DNA of 45,750 nt from Candidatus Hodarchaeaceae archaeon (GTDB lineage: Archaea; Hadarchaeota; Hadarchaeia; Hadarchaeales; Hadarchaeaceae), in assembly GCA_030018135.1 (NCBI GenBank), contig JASEGJ010000008.1, positions 1-45,750 on the forward strand. The letters run 5' to 3'. Positions 1 to 9,232 of the stretch are shown one piece after another. The position numbers and the translations under genes were made by a program. Every line of letters starts with the position of its first letter. Positions within the stretch are counted from its first letter, which is position 1. Under the pieces are notes generated by a model. It made no database searches and was not told the DNA's origin. It was given only the letters and a program-made list of their open reading frames with translations.

Positions 1-869
1 CGCCATTGCTCGATATGAAACTCCAAGTCCATGTTTTGCCCAAATGATCCTTCCACTCGAAATCCCTTGAAATAAATGTTTCTTCTTCAGCACTCTCACC
101 CCATCAGAGGTTTTCCCCATAATCTGGCCAGCAATTTCAAACTCGGTTGTGGCACCAGAATAGTTGCCCGCCTCAGCGTATTCGCAACCTTTTATGAAGT
201 GCGTAAGGGCTTCTTTCATAGTCTTTGCCATCGAGTAAAATTTGATTGCAGAAGAGGAAATTTCAGCCGTTTTGCAGTTTCTAAGATCACCGAACTTGGT
301 TTTTGCTTCACTTATTTTTGAAGAGGAATCCTCAAAAGCAATTTTAGCAGCATGCCCGATTTAAGCTCTGGAGGCAAAGCTTCCAAATCTATTGAATCGA
401 GAGCTTCTTTAGCAGAAAGAAAATACGGTTGGGCTCGATCAATGTCTTCTTTAGCATCTAAAAATTTAGTCACAGCTCCATCCCAATCTTCATAATCAAA
501 ACGTAATATCGCCTGTTCGTAATCTTCTCCAGCATCGGATAAGCAGATCGCACATTTAACAAGATTTGAACAAGCATCACACAGGCATAAAGCAGCTTGC
601 TTCACCGCTGGTTCAACATCTGCTGTCTCTAAATATTTTCTAGCTTCCCCCACATCTGATTGGGCACCCGCAAGTTTTACCCTCGCACCTACATAGTCAT
701 TTTCATCCCAGCATTTCATTGCTTGGGAGTATTTTTCAAGCGAGGAATTAAAGAGAGTATCTGCTTGACTAAAAGCGGTTTGGGTCTCTTTCTCCGTGTA
801 GTATACAAAAACGGATACAATAAAGATAAAAACAACGGTGGTAATTATCCCAAAATAAATCTTTTTCAT
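1..869 (-). pseudogene. Membrane-anchored helical (TPR-like) hypothetical protein, frameshifted near 360 and continuing off the window edge
   Basis: ORF 312..869 has an N-terminal TM segment and amphipathic helical repeats. A second stop-free minus frame starts at 360 (HAAKIAFEDSSSKISEAK...) and runs to base 1 with similar composition. The region is AT-richer than the core genes. Confidence 0.55.
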
Positions 870-1063
870 AGAAAATCCTCAACTGGTTTGTAGCTTTCTT
901 TTCACCCCTCAAATACTGCGCCAGCTTTACCGGATCCTCCCTGATTGCAGTTCTTATCGTTGAATACTTGCCGAACTTCTTGATCCTCTGGTGTTCAATT
1001 CGTTTGTCGAATAGCTCATTAATGCCTTTATCATCTTGTAGCTTCTTTCCGCTTTAGATAACT
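866..1063 (-). pseudogene. cas1: Decayed 3' fragment of a Cas1-family (Cas1-solo/casposase-like) gene
   Basis: Manual translation across about 3 single-base frameshifts gives YLKRKEAT-MIKA-INELFDKRIEHQRIKKFGKYSTIRTAIREDPVKLAQYLRGE-KESYKPVEDFL*, which resembles the Cas1 C-terminal 'LA.YLRGE..Y.P' helix. Its stop overlaps the next ATG (ATGA, 866-869). Confidence 0.6.
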
Positions 1064-1130
1064 TCATGCATCGAGAGGGTGCCCCAGCTATAAATCAGAA
1101 GCGAGCACCTGTAAAAATGGGCGATGAAAA

Positions 1131-2924
1131 ATGGTCGGAGGAAAGGTTCGCCAGCCGATAATCTCGGTGCTCGGGCATGTGGACCACGGAAAGACCATGC
1201 TCCTCGACACCATCAGGGGAACCGCGGTTGCCGCGAGGGAGCCGGGCCAGATAACCCAGTGGATAGGGGCATCCGAGGTCCCGATCTCTGCGATCCAGAA
1301 GGTCTGCGGCGAGCTCGTTCGATCGCTCGGAATCAAGCTTGCGATTCCAGGCCTGCTCTTCATCGACACCCCTGGCCACGAGGCCTTCACAAACCTTCGC
1401 CGTCGCGGGGGGGCGCTCGCGGATCTGGCAGCCCTAGTCGTCGACGTGAACGAGGGCTTCATGCCCCAGACGCTCGAGTCGCTGACCATCTTGAAGTCCT
1501 ATAGGACGCCCTTCATGCTCGTCGCGAACAAGATCGATCTCTTGCCCGGCTGGCGCCCCACGCCCAATGCATGCTTCCTCGACTCGTTCGCAAAGCAGCG
1601 CGCGGAGGTGCGGCACGCACTCGACGACAGGGTTTATGGGCTGGTCGGTAAACTTCATGAACTCGGCTTCGAGGCGGAGCGCTTCGACCGCGTGAGCGAC
1701 TTTCGAAGGCAGGTATGCATCGTGCCGACGAGCGCCAAGACGGGCGAGGGCATCCCGGAGGTGCTGGCGGTGCTCGCGGGCGTTGCCCAGCGATTTTTGG
1801 AGAGGGAGCTGACCATCGAGGTAAGCGGGCCCGCGCGCGGAACGGTGCTCGAGGTCAAGGAAGAGGTGGGCTTGGGCACGACCATCGATGTCATAATGTA
1901 TGACGGCACCCTAGCCAAGGGCGATACATTTGTGGCTGGCGGGCTCGATAAGGTCATCACCTCGAAGGTGCGGGGATTGCTCCAGCCGAAGCCGCTCGAT
2001 GAAATTAGGGATCCACAGGACAGGTTCAGGCCGGTCGAGCGAGTGTTCGCCGCCGCGGGGGTCAGGGTAATCGCACCGAACCTGGATGGCGTCGTCGCCG
2101 GGGCACCACTTTGGGCGATAAGGGATTGGTCGGAGATCGAGAAATTCAGGCAGGAGCTGCAGCAGGAGATGGAGCGAGTAAGAATTCGCGCCGACATCAA
2201 CGGCGTGGTGCTGAAAGCCGATGCGCTGGGCTCGCTCGAGGCACTTGAAGGGCAGCTCAGGGAACGCGGGGTGGCGATACGTAAGGCGGACATAGGTGAC
2301 GTTTCAAGGCGAGATGTAATCGAAGCCTCAACCGTCGCAAAAAGCGACCCGTTGCTCGCGGCAGTGTTGGCATTCAACGTAAAGGTCCTGCCGGACGCTC
2401 AACAAGAAGCCGAGCTTCAAGGGGTGCCGATCATCCAGGATAACATCATATACAAACTCATGGAGACCTATGAAAATTGGAGCAAGCAAAAGCGAGAGGA
2501 AGTAAGGGCAAAGCGGCTCGAGGGGTTCATCAGGCCGGGCAAGTTCGCGCTTAAGATTGGATTCGTGTTCAGGCGCAGCCACCCAGCAATAGTCGGCGTC
2601 GATGTCCTCGGGGGCATCATAAAGCCGAAGTATCCGATCATGCGCAAGGACGGCCGCCGCGTGGGCATCATCCACGAACTCCAGCGCGAGAAGAAGACCG
2701 TGCCAGAAGCTAAGCTCGGCGATGAGCTGGCGGTTTCGATCGATGGGGCAATCGTGGATCGCCACATCAGGGAGGGCGATGTTTTATATGTGGATATCCC
2801 CAGAGACCATGTGATGGCCCTGAAAACCGAGCTCAGGGACCTGCTGTCCGGAGATGAGCTCGCGGTGATGGACGAGATAATAGCGATCAAGCAGAAGGAG
2901 GACCCAACGTACGGGGTGATGTGA
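1131..2924 (+). CDS. infB: Translation initiation factor aIF5B/IF-2
   Basis: [25 protein letters not shown] and NKID GTPase motifs; KADALGSLEAL; 597 aa, the archaeal size. Confidence 0.98.
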   Translation: MVGGKVRQPIISVLGHVDHGKTMLLDTIRGTAVAAREPGQITQWIGASEVPISAIQKVCGELVRSLGIKLAIPGLLFIDTPGHEAFTNLRRRGGALADLAALVVDVNEGFMPQTLESLTILKSYRTPFMLVANKIDLLPGWRPTPNACFLDSFAKQRAEVRHALDDRVYGLVGKLHELGFEAERFDRVSDFRRQVCIVPTSAKTGEGIPEVLAVLAGVAQRFLERELTIEVSGPARGTVLEVKEEVGLGTTIDVIMYDGTLAKGDTFVAGGLDKVITSKVRGLLQPKPLDEIRDPQDRFRPVERVFAAAGVRVIAPNLDGVVAGAPLWAIRDWSEIEKFRQELQQEMERVRIRADINGVVLKADALGSLEALEGQLRERGVAIRKADIGDVSRRDVIEASTVAKSDPLLAAVLAFNVKVLPDAQQEAELQGVPIIQDNIIYKLMETYENWSKQKREEVRAKRLEGFIRPGKFALKIGFVFRRSHPAIVGVDVLGGIIKPKYPIMRKDGRRVGIIHELQREKKTVPEAKLGDELAVSIDGAIVDRHIREGDVLYVDIPRDHVMALKTELRDLLSGDELAVMDEIIAIKQKEDPTYGVM

Positions 2925-3316
2925 TGGTATTCAAAGTCGTGGTCGCCGACCCTACCACGGGCAAGAGTTATCAGCTCGAGGCCAGGGAGCCGGCCGCGAG
3001 AAGGTTGGTCGGCCTACGCATCGGGGACAAGTTCGATGGCGAGATAGTCGGCTTGCCCGGCTATGAACTTCAGATCACCGGCGGCACCGATGTTGACGGC
3101 TTTCCCATGCGCGCGGACATCGCTGGACCCGGTCGAGCCAGCGTGCTGCTCGCAGGTGGCTCAGGTTTTAAACCTCGAAGGCGTGGCGAGCGGAGGCGCA
3201 AGCGAGTGCGCGGTCGAGTGATCTCCGACACCATCGTACAGATTAACGCGAAAATCGTGAAGAGGGGCGAAAAGCCAATCGAGGAACTCGTCCCAACGAG
3301 GGAGAAGAAAGCATAG
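2921..3316 (+). CDS. rps6e: 30S ribosomal protein S6e
   Basis: FKVVVADP...ITGGTDVDGFPMR...GERRRKRVRG...QINAKI; lies between infB and eIF2-gamma. Confidence 0.97.
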   Translation: MMVFKVVVADPTTGKSYQLEAREPAARRLVGLRIGDKFDGEIVGLPGYELQITGGTDVDGFPMRADIAGPGRASVLLAGGSGFKPRRRGERRRKRVRGRVISDTIVQINAKIVKRGEKPIEELVPTREKKA

Positions 3317-3400
3317 CTTTCTGCAAGGACTTTTGACCTCGTGGACCCTTTATCACGTTACACCGAGTCCTCTAGACGATTTTATAAAATAGGAGGACTG

Positions 3401-4648
3401 TTGATAAAAGTAAGGGTGCCCGTTTTGCCGCAAGCTGTAGTAAACATAGGTTTGGTCGGTCATGTGGACCATGGCAAGACGACGCTTACGGATGCGCTAT
3501 CCGGCATTTGGACGGACACGCATAGCGAGGAGCTCCGCCGGGGCATCTCGATCCGCCTGGGCTACGCGGATACATCTTTTAGGAGGTGTCCGGTTTGCGA
3601 GCCTCCGGCCAGCTATACCACGAAGGAAGTTTGTCCGAGGTGCGGCTCCAAGACGGATTTCCTGCGTCGCGTTTCGTTCGTGGACGCCCCCGGGCACGAG
3701 ACCCTGATGGCCACCATGCTCTCCGGCGCGGCGATCATGGATGGCGCGGTGCTCGTCATAGCCGCAAACGAACCTTGCCCGCAACCCCAGACGAAGGAAC
3801 ACCTCATGGCAATAGAGATCATCGGCGTGCGCAATATAGTGGCGGCGCAGAATAAGATCGAACTCGTATCGCGCGAGAAAGCAATCGAAAACCAAGGGCA
3901 AATTAGGGAATTCTTAAAAAGCACCTGCGCACGAGATGCCCCCATAATCCCGATATCCGCGATTCACAGGGCAAATATCGATTTGCTGATTCAGGCGATC
4001 GAGGAGCGCATACCCACGCCCGAACATGATCTATCGAAGCCAGCGCTGATGTACGTTGCGCGATCGTTCGATGTCAACCGCCCCGGCACCAGACCCGAAA
4101 ATCTGGTGGGTGGTGTTATAGGGGGCTCGCTCCTCCAGGGCAGACTCCGCGTTGGTGATGAGATAGAGGTCCGCCCGGGGATACAGGTCACCAAAGAGGG
4201 TAAAACGAGGTGGCAACCGCTGAGATCTGAAATAGCGAGCTTGCAGGCTGGGGGCGAATTCCTGGACGAGGCAGTCCCAGGCGGCTTGGTGGGTATCGGG
4301 ACGAAGCTCGACCCATCCCTCACCAAGGCTGATTACTTGGCGGGAGCGGTTGTGGGTGAACCAGACACCCTGCCTCCCGTGCTGGAAACGCTTCAGCTCG
4401 AGGTTAAGTTGATGGAGCGCATCGTCGGCATGGCGGAGGAGCTTGAGGTAAAGCCGCTCACCACCGGGGAACCACTCATGTTGAATGTCGGCACTGCCAC
4501 CACGGTCGGCACGATCACGAGCGCGCGCGACGGCAGGGCCGATGTTAAGCTTAAACTGCCCGTCTGTGCCAGAGAGGGGGCGAGGGCCGCGATAAGCAGG
4601 CGTGTCGCTGGCAGATGGCGCCTCATAGGCTACGGAATAATCGGTTAA
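3401..4648 (+). CDS. eif2g: Translation initiation factor 2 subunit gamma
   Basis: [23 protein letters not shown], a Zn knuckle, [17 protein letters not shown] and WRLIGYG. Start placed at the in-frame TTG 3401 after GGAGG (ORF track gives 3341). Confidence 0.97.
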   Translation: MIKVRVPVLPQAVVNIGLVGHVDHGKTTLTDALSGIWTDTHSEELRRGISIRLGYADTSFRRCPVCEPPASYTTKEVCPRCGSKTDFLRRVSFVDAPGHETLMATMLSGAAIMDGAVLVIAANEPCPQPQTKEHLMAIEIIGVRNIVAAQNKIELVSREKAIENQGQIREFLKSTCARDAPIIPISAIHRANIDLLIQAIEERIPTPEHDLSKPALMYVARSFDVNRPGTRPENLVGGVIGGSLLQGRLRVGDEIEVRPGIQVTKEGKTRWQPLRSEIASLQAGGEFLDEAVPGGLVGIGTKLDPSLTKADYLAGAVVGEPDTLPPVLETLQLEVKLMERIVGMAEELEVKPLTTGEPLMLNVGTATTVGTITSARDGRADVKLKLPVCAREGARAAISRRVAGRWRLIGYGIIG

Positions 4649-4673
4649 AGCATTTACTGCAAGGGGAGGGATA

Positions 4674-5066
4674 TTGGCCGAACTTCGGGTGATCGCGGAT
4701 ACGAGCTTCCTGATGGTCCCCGGCCTATTCGGCGTAGATGTCGTGGGAGAACTGGATAGGCTGTTGAACCGACGCTATAAGCTGGTGACCCCCCAGCCGG
4801 TAGTTGGAGAGTTAGAACGGCTCGCCGCGAAAGGCAAGCCGAACGAGCGGTCCGCCGCACGTTTGGGGTTGGCCCTGCTTTCGCGCGGGGAGGTCATAAA
4901 ATCTGATGGACCAGCCGACGCAGAGATCGTCAGGCTAGCTGGCGGGGGCGATTGCGCGGTGGGCACCACGGATGCCGCCCTGCGCAGGGAACTCCGAAGG
5001 CGCGGCGTGCCCGTAATTTATTTACGACAGGGGTCGCACTTGGCAATAGATGGCAAAATCGGGTGA
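4674..5066 (+). CDS. PIN-domain protein (Fcf1/Utp24-like)
   Basis: VIADTSFL, ADAEI and VGTTDAALRRELRRRGVPVIYLR; conserved position after eIF2-gamma. Confidence 0.9.
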   Translation: MAELRVIADTSFLMVPGLFGVDVVGELDRLLNRRYKLVTPQPVVGELERLAAKGKPNERSAARLGLALLSRGEVIKSDGPADAEIVRLAGGGDCAVGTTDAALRRELRRRGVPVIYLRQGSHLAIDGKIG

Positions 5067-5072
5067 GGAAAA

Positions 5073-7073
5073 GTGGAATTAACAATAGTTTTAATGACCG
5101 GACTGGCGGCATTGGCGGTGTCAGGAGTTTCGGCGCACTTGGTGCTGAGGGAAAGTCCAGGGTCTCCTAGGGTGAGGGAGATATCCGGCGCGATTTATGA
5201 GGGGGCAACCGCCTACCTGAGGCGACAATATGTGACCATCTGGCTATTCGTGCTGATCATCGCCACCCTACTGTTTTTCGTTCCGGGTTGGAAATGGCGG
5301 GCATCGCTCGCGTTTATCGGCGGCGCACTTTCCTCGACGGTCGCTGGCTTCTTGGGCATGCACATCGCGATAAGGGCGAACTCGAGGACGGCGAATGCCG
5401 CCCTGTCTGGGGTGAACAAGGCATTGAAGGTGGCATTTCGCGGCGGGCTCGTGATGGGAATGTCAGTCGTCGGGATAGGCCTTTTGGGAGTCCTCTTGTT
5501 CTACAACTGGTTCCAGGACCCCACGTTCATACTCCCGTACAGCTTCGGGGCCAGCTCTGTCGCGCTTTTCGCCAGGGTCGGAGGGGGGATATACACCAAG
5601 ACCGCTGATGTGGGGGCCGACCTCGTCGGAAAGCTTGAGGCAGGCATACCGGAGGACGACCCGAGAAATCCCGCCGTCATAGCCGACAACGTCGGCGATA
5701 ACGTCGGCGATGTCGCAGGCATGGGGGCCGACCTATTCGAGTCCTACGTGGCGAGCATGATAGCGGCGATGATAGTCGGCTTTTTGATCCACCAAGGCGA
5801 CCTGTTGTCCAAGCTACCCCTGCGCGACTACGGCATGTGGCCCGTCACCCTTCCGTTGCTGATCTCGGCGATCGGCATCATAGCTTCCATAATCGGCATA
5901 TTTTTCGTCCGCACGAGAAGGGGCAAAGATCCGAGCTACGCCCTCAACGGCGCGAGCATAGGTACGATAGTCTTAACAGCGGTTGGTACCTTTTTCGCGA
6001 CCCAAAGGATCTTTGGCTGGGAGGTTGGATTGAAGTTGTTCATCGCGGTATTCTCGGGTCTGGCCGCTGGCCTGGTCGTCGGGATAACCTCCGATTATTT
6101 CACGAATAGAATTCACCGCCCGGCACAATTCATCGCGACATCTGCCCAGTCCGGTGCGGCGATAAATCTCCTCACCGGCTTCTCGATCGGGATGCTGAGC
6201 TCGGTCCTCCCAATCCTAGCTATTTCCATCGCTGTAATTTCCGCTTACCTCGCCGCCGAGGTATATGGAATATGTTTGGCGGGCGTGGGTATGCTCGCGG
6301 TTACGGGGATAATTGTTTCAACCGACGCATATGGGCCGGTCGCGGATAACGCTGGCGGCATTGTCGAACAATCCGGTATGCCCAAAAGAGTTCGCAACGT
6401 CACCGACGCCTTGGACTCGGTCGGGAATACCACGAAGGCGATATGCAAGGGCTTCGCGATCGGCTCGGCAGCCCTGACGGCAATAGCGCTCTTCGTGACC
6501 TACTCACAATTGACGAAGGTTTCGTTGAACCTACTCGATCCAAACGTCGTCGCGGGGGCGTTCATAGGTGGTGGCACGGTGGCGCTCTTCTGCTCCTTAA
6601 CGATATTGGCCGTGGGGAGAAATGCCTTCAGAATGGTCGGGGAGGTCAGGAGACAATTTAGGGAGATGCCGGGACTACTCGAGGGCAAGGCTAAACCTGA
6701 CTACGCGCGGTGCATAGACATCGCGACGCGTGGCGCCCTGAAGGAATTGCTCGCACCGGGGCTGGCAGCTTTGGTGATCCCAATTTTAATCGGTCTCCTG
6801 CTCGGCAAGGCCGCACTTGGTGGCTTTATCGCCGGAAGCATAGTGGCTGGGCTGATTTTCGCCTTGCTCATGGCCAATGCCGGGGGCGCGTGGGACAACG
6901 CGAAAAAATATATCGAACTCGGAAAATTTGGTGGAAAAGGTTCAAAAGCTCATGCGGCGGCGGTGGTGGGCGACACCGTTGGTGACCCATTCAAGGATAC
7001 GGCCGGGCCATCGCTTAATATATTAATAAAGCTCATGTCCATTGTGGCGTTGATTCTTGCGCAAGTATTGTGA
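5073..7073 (+). CDS. hppA: Membrane-bound pyrophosphate-energised ion pump, K+-independent H+-PPase type
   Basis: GGGIYTKTADVGADLVGK, EDDPRNPAVIADNVGDNVGD, GGAWDNAKK and GDTVGDPFKDTAGPS motifs; GNTTKA carries Lys at the K+-dependence determinant. Confidence 0.96.
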   Translation: MELTIVLMTGLAALAVSGVSAHLVLRESPGSPRVREISGAIYEGATAYLRRQYVTIWLFVLIIATLLFFVPGWKWRASLAFIGGALSSTVAGFLGMHIAIRANSRTANAALSGVNKALKVAFRGGLVMGMSVVGIGLLGVLLFYNWFQDPTFILPYSFGASSVALFARVGGGIYTKTADVGADLVGKLEAGIPEDDPRNPAVIADNVGDNVGDVAGMGADLFESYVASMIAAMIVGFLIHQGDLLSKLPLRDYGMWPVTLPLLISAIGIIASIIGIFFVRTRRGKDPSYALNGASIGTIVLTAVGTFFATQRIFGWEVGLKLFIAVFSGLAAGLVVGITSDYFTNRIHRPAQFIATSAQSGAAINLLTGFSIGMLSSVLPILAISIAVISAYLAAEVYGICLAGVGMLAVTGIIVSTDAYGPVADNAGGIVEQSGMPKRVRNVTDALDSVGNTTKAICKGFAIGSAALTAIALFVTYSQLTKVSLNLLDPNVVAGAFIGGGTVALFCSLTILAVGRNAFRMVGEVRRQFREMPGLLEGKAKPDYARCIDIATRGALKELLAPGLAALVIPILIGLLLGKAALGGFIAGSIVAGLIFALLMANAGGAWDNAKKYIELGKFGGKGSKAHAAAVVGDTVGDPFKDTAGPSLNILIKLMSIVALILAQVL

Positions 7074-7118
7074 GGCGGTTTTTATATTTGGGAGTATCAA
7101 GGTGCTGGGGGTGGTCGA

Positions 7119-7673
7119 ATGAACAAAATCGTGACCGTAAGCGATACCGTCCGAGTGCCGCCGAGTAGATTCGATGAGCCACTTGATGAGGTGGTGCTCG
7201 ACATCCTGCGCAAGAGCTACGAGGGTTTGACCGATAAGGACTTAGGGGTAATCCTCGCGATCACGGAGGTCAAGGAAATTGGGGTGGGCAGGATAATCAT
7301 GGGCGACGGGGCAAGCTATCACGATGTCGTGTTTGACGCGTTGGTTTACAAGCCAGAGCTGAATGAGGTCGTGCTCGGCGAGGTGGTCGAAATAGTTGAG
7401 TTCGGCGGCTTCGTGCGGCTGGGCCCCATCGATGGCCTCGTACACGTTTCACAGGTGATGGACGACTTCGTCGGCTACGACAAAAAGAAGGGCGTGCTCT
7501 ATGGCAAGGAGAGTAAACGCGCGCTGAGGGAAGGCGACAGGGTCAGAGCTCGAATCGTGACGGTGAGCATGAGAAGGGGGGCGCGCGCCGGTAAAATAGG
7601 CCTGACGATGCGCCAACCCGGGTTGGGCAAGCTGGAGTGGATAGAGGAGGAGCGCAAGGGGGCGAGCGATTGA
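7119..7673 (+). CDS. rpoE1: RNA polymerase subunit E' (Rpo7)
   Basis: DTVRVPPSRF, S1 domain (GPIDGLVHVSQVMDD), IGLTMRQPGLGKLEWI. Confidence 0.97.
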   Translation: MNKIVTVSDTVRVPPSRFDEPLDEVVLDILRKSYEGLTDKDLGVILAITEVKEIGVGRIIMGDGASYHDVVFDALVYKPELNEVVLGEVVEIVEFGGFVRLGPIDGLVHVSQVMDDFVGYDKKKGVLYGKESKRALREGDRVRARIVTVSMRRGARAGKIGLTMRQPGLGKLEWIEEERKGASD

Positions 7674-7855
7674 GCGAGAAGGTATGTCGCAGTTGCCACA
7701 TAGTTGTCGAGGGCAATGTTTGCCCCCTCTGCGAATCACCTTCCTTATCCGACGATTGGTCGGGCTATGCCATAGTGCTCGACCCTGAGGATTCCAAGAT
7801 AGCAAAAAGATTGAATATTCACCATGCGGGCAAGTATGCGCTGAGGGTTAGATAG
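7670..7855 (+). CDS. spt4: Transcription elongation factor Spt4 (RpoE2)
   Basis: CRSC...CPLC...SDDWSG...GKYALRVR; the TTG start overlaps the rpoE1 stop. Confidence 0.95.
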   Translation: MSEKVCRSCHIVVEGNVCPLCESPSLSDDWSGYAIVLDPEDSKIAKRLNIHHAGKYALRVR

Positions 7856-7856
7856 A

Positions 7857-8375
7857 TTGAGGTTACCGCCGGAGGTGCGTCCGCTCCTGAAGCGCCCGCT
7901 AGGCAAACTTTTTGCCGAGACTGGCGCGGCGATCGAGCATTTGCGAAGGTTGCGCCCGACGAGGCTGATTGCCGTCGGCGATATCGCGACCGCTGAGCTT
8001 CTCGCTGCCGGGCTAAGGCCAGATATCGCGGTAGTCGACTTCAGGGTCATGAGGGCGCCGGCGAGCGACGACATAAGGAGGGCGATAGATGCCCACCGAG
8101 CCCGCATTTTGTGGGTGAGAAATCCCGCAGGCACAATAACGCCAGAGTTGCGCGATGCGCTTGAAACGGCCTCACCGCCGGCAAAGATAATCGTCGATGG
8201 AGAGGAGGACCTCGCGGTCTTGCCGGCTGTCCTGGCGGCGCCAGTGGGCTCCGTAGTCGCTTACGGGCAGCCGAATGAGGGATTGGTTTTGGTGATGGTT
8301 ACGGAACAAAAGAAGCGCGAATTTAGGGGGTTGTTGAAGCTGTTCAAAAGGGATAGCGCCTGTAAAAGAACTTAA
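7857..8375 (+). CDS. GTP-dependent dephospho-CoA kinase (DUF359)
   Basis: LKRPLG, VGDIAT, NPAGTIT, VDGEEDL and YGQP motifs; canonical position after spt4. Confidence 0.93.
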   Translation: MRLPPEVRPLLKRPLGKLFAETGAAIEHLRRLRPTRLIAVGDIATAELLAAGLRPDIAVVDFRVMRAPASDDIRRAIDAHRARILWVRNPAGTITPELRDALETASPPAKIIVDGEEDLAVLPAVLAAPVGSVVAYGQPNEGLVLVMVTEQKKREFRGLLKLFKRDSACKRT

Positions 8376-8376
8376 G

Positions 8377-8640
8377 CGTATTGCCTAAGACGTTGCCCCT
8401 AGCTTGCCATACGGAATATGCCAATGAAAGGGTTTAGTTGGGTGTCTTAGTTAAGACATCGATTCAAGCGGCCGCGTCTTAGGTAAAACACCTATTCACG
8501 AACTCGCCAATCGTGAGGACATCGAAAGGTGGGCTTGTCTGAGGTAAGACAAGATGTCTTAGTTAAGACATCAGCTCTAACAGTCGCGGCTTAGGTAGGA
8601 CATGTACGGGGCCATTTTTACCGATGTCTTAGGTAAGACA
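8377..8640. repeat. Cluster of 16-bp palindromes, consensus TGTCTTA-(GG/GT)-TAAGACA
   Basis: Copies at 8443-8458, 8475-8490, 8536-8551, 8555-8570, 8587-8602 and 8625-8640, plus a degenerate reversed copy at 8377-8392. Confidence 0.9.
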
Positions 8641-8715
8641 CCCCAGCGGTCTAAGCCAGTCGATCTGGCCAACGTAAGCTTAATTAATCATGGGCTTAAA
8701 ATTGAGGGGGTTGCG

Positions 8716-9072
8716 ATGAAAGTTGAAATAACAGAAAAGGTCGAGAATCCGCTGCTCCAGCGAACGGAAATCAAATTTAAGGTGAATCACGCAGGCGAAC
8801 CCACGCCCAAGCGCTCAGATGTCCGCGCCCAGCTGGCCGCCCATCTCAGCGTACCGGAGGAGCTCGTAGTGATCGAAAAATTGGCGGGTATGTATGGCCG
8901 CCGGGTGGCATCGGGCATCGCGCGCGCCTACAGCTCCCGCGAGCGACTTGAGAAGATCGAGCCAGAGTACCTGATCAAGCGCGGCTTGCCAGCTGAAACA
9001 AAGGCTGAGGCCAAGCCCGAAGAGAAACCTAAGGAAGTAGGTAAGAAGGGTGGCCGGGGTCAAGACAACTAA
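8716..9072 (+). CDS. rps24e: 30S ribosomal protein S24e
   Basis: MKVEI...[10 protein letters not shown]...[12 protein letters not shown] 8716 follows GAGGGGG; the 8602 extension runs through the repeats and is rejected. Confidence 0.95.
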   Translation: MKVEITEKVENPLLQRTEIKFKVNHAGEPTPKRSDVRAQLAAHLSVPEELVVIEKLAGMYGRRVASGIARAYSSRERLEKIEPEYLIKRGLPAETKAEAKPEEKPKEVGKKGGRGQDN

Positions 9073-9232
9073 GGCGAGGCTTTACAAGCAGGAGGGTGGA
9101 AAGCTCATACGGCTTAGGCCATCCTGCCCGAGATGTGGCCATGGGGTCTTCATGGCCGACCATGGCAATCGATTGGCATGCGGGAGATGCGGCTATACGG
9201 ATTTCAAAGGCAGCCCACAAGGTAACCCCTAA
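9050..9232 (+). CDS. rps27ae: 30S ribosomal protein S27ae
   Basis: [25 protein letters not shown] zinc finger. Confidence 0.96.
   Translation: MAGVKTTKARLYKQEGGKLIRLRPSCPRCGHGVFMADHGNRLACGRCGYTDFKGSPQGNP

Noticed and set aside
8377-8640. CRISPR array interpretation of the palindrome cluster
   Set aside because: Repeats are only 16-20 bp, spacing is irregular (3-45 bp), linkers are partly duplicated, and no cas operon is adjacent.
8602-8715. N-terminal extension of S24e in the ORF track
   Set aside because: It runs through the repeats; homology and the SD support ATG 8716.
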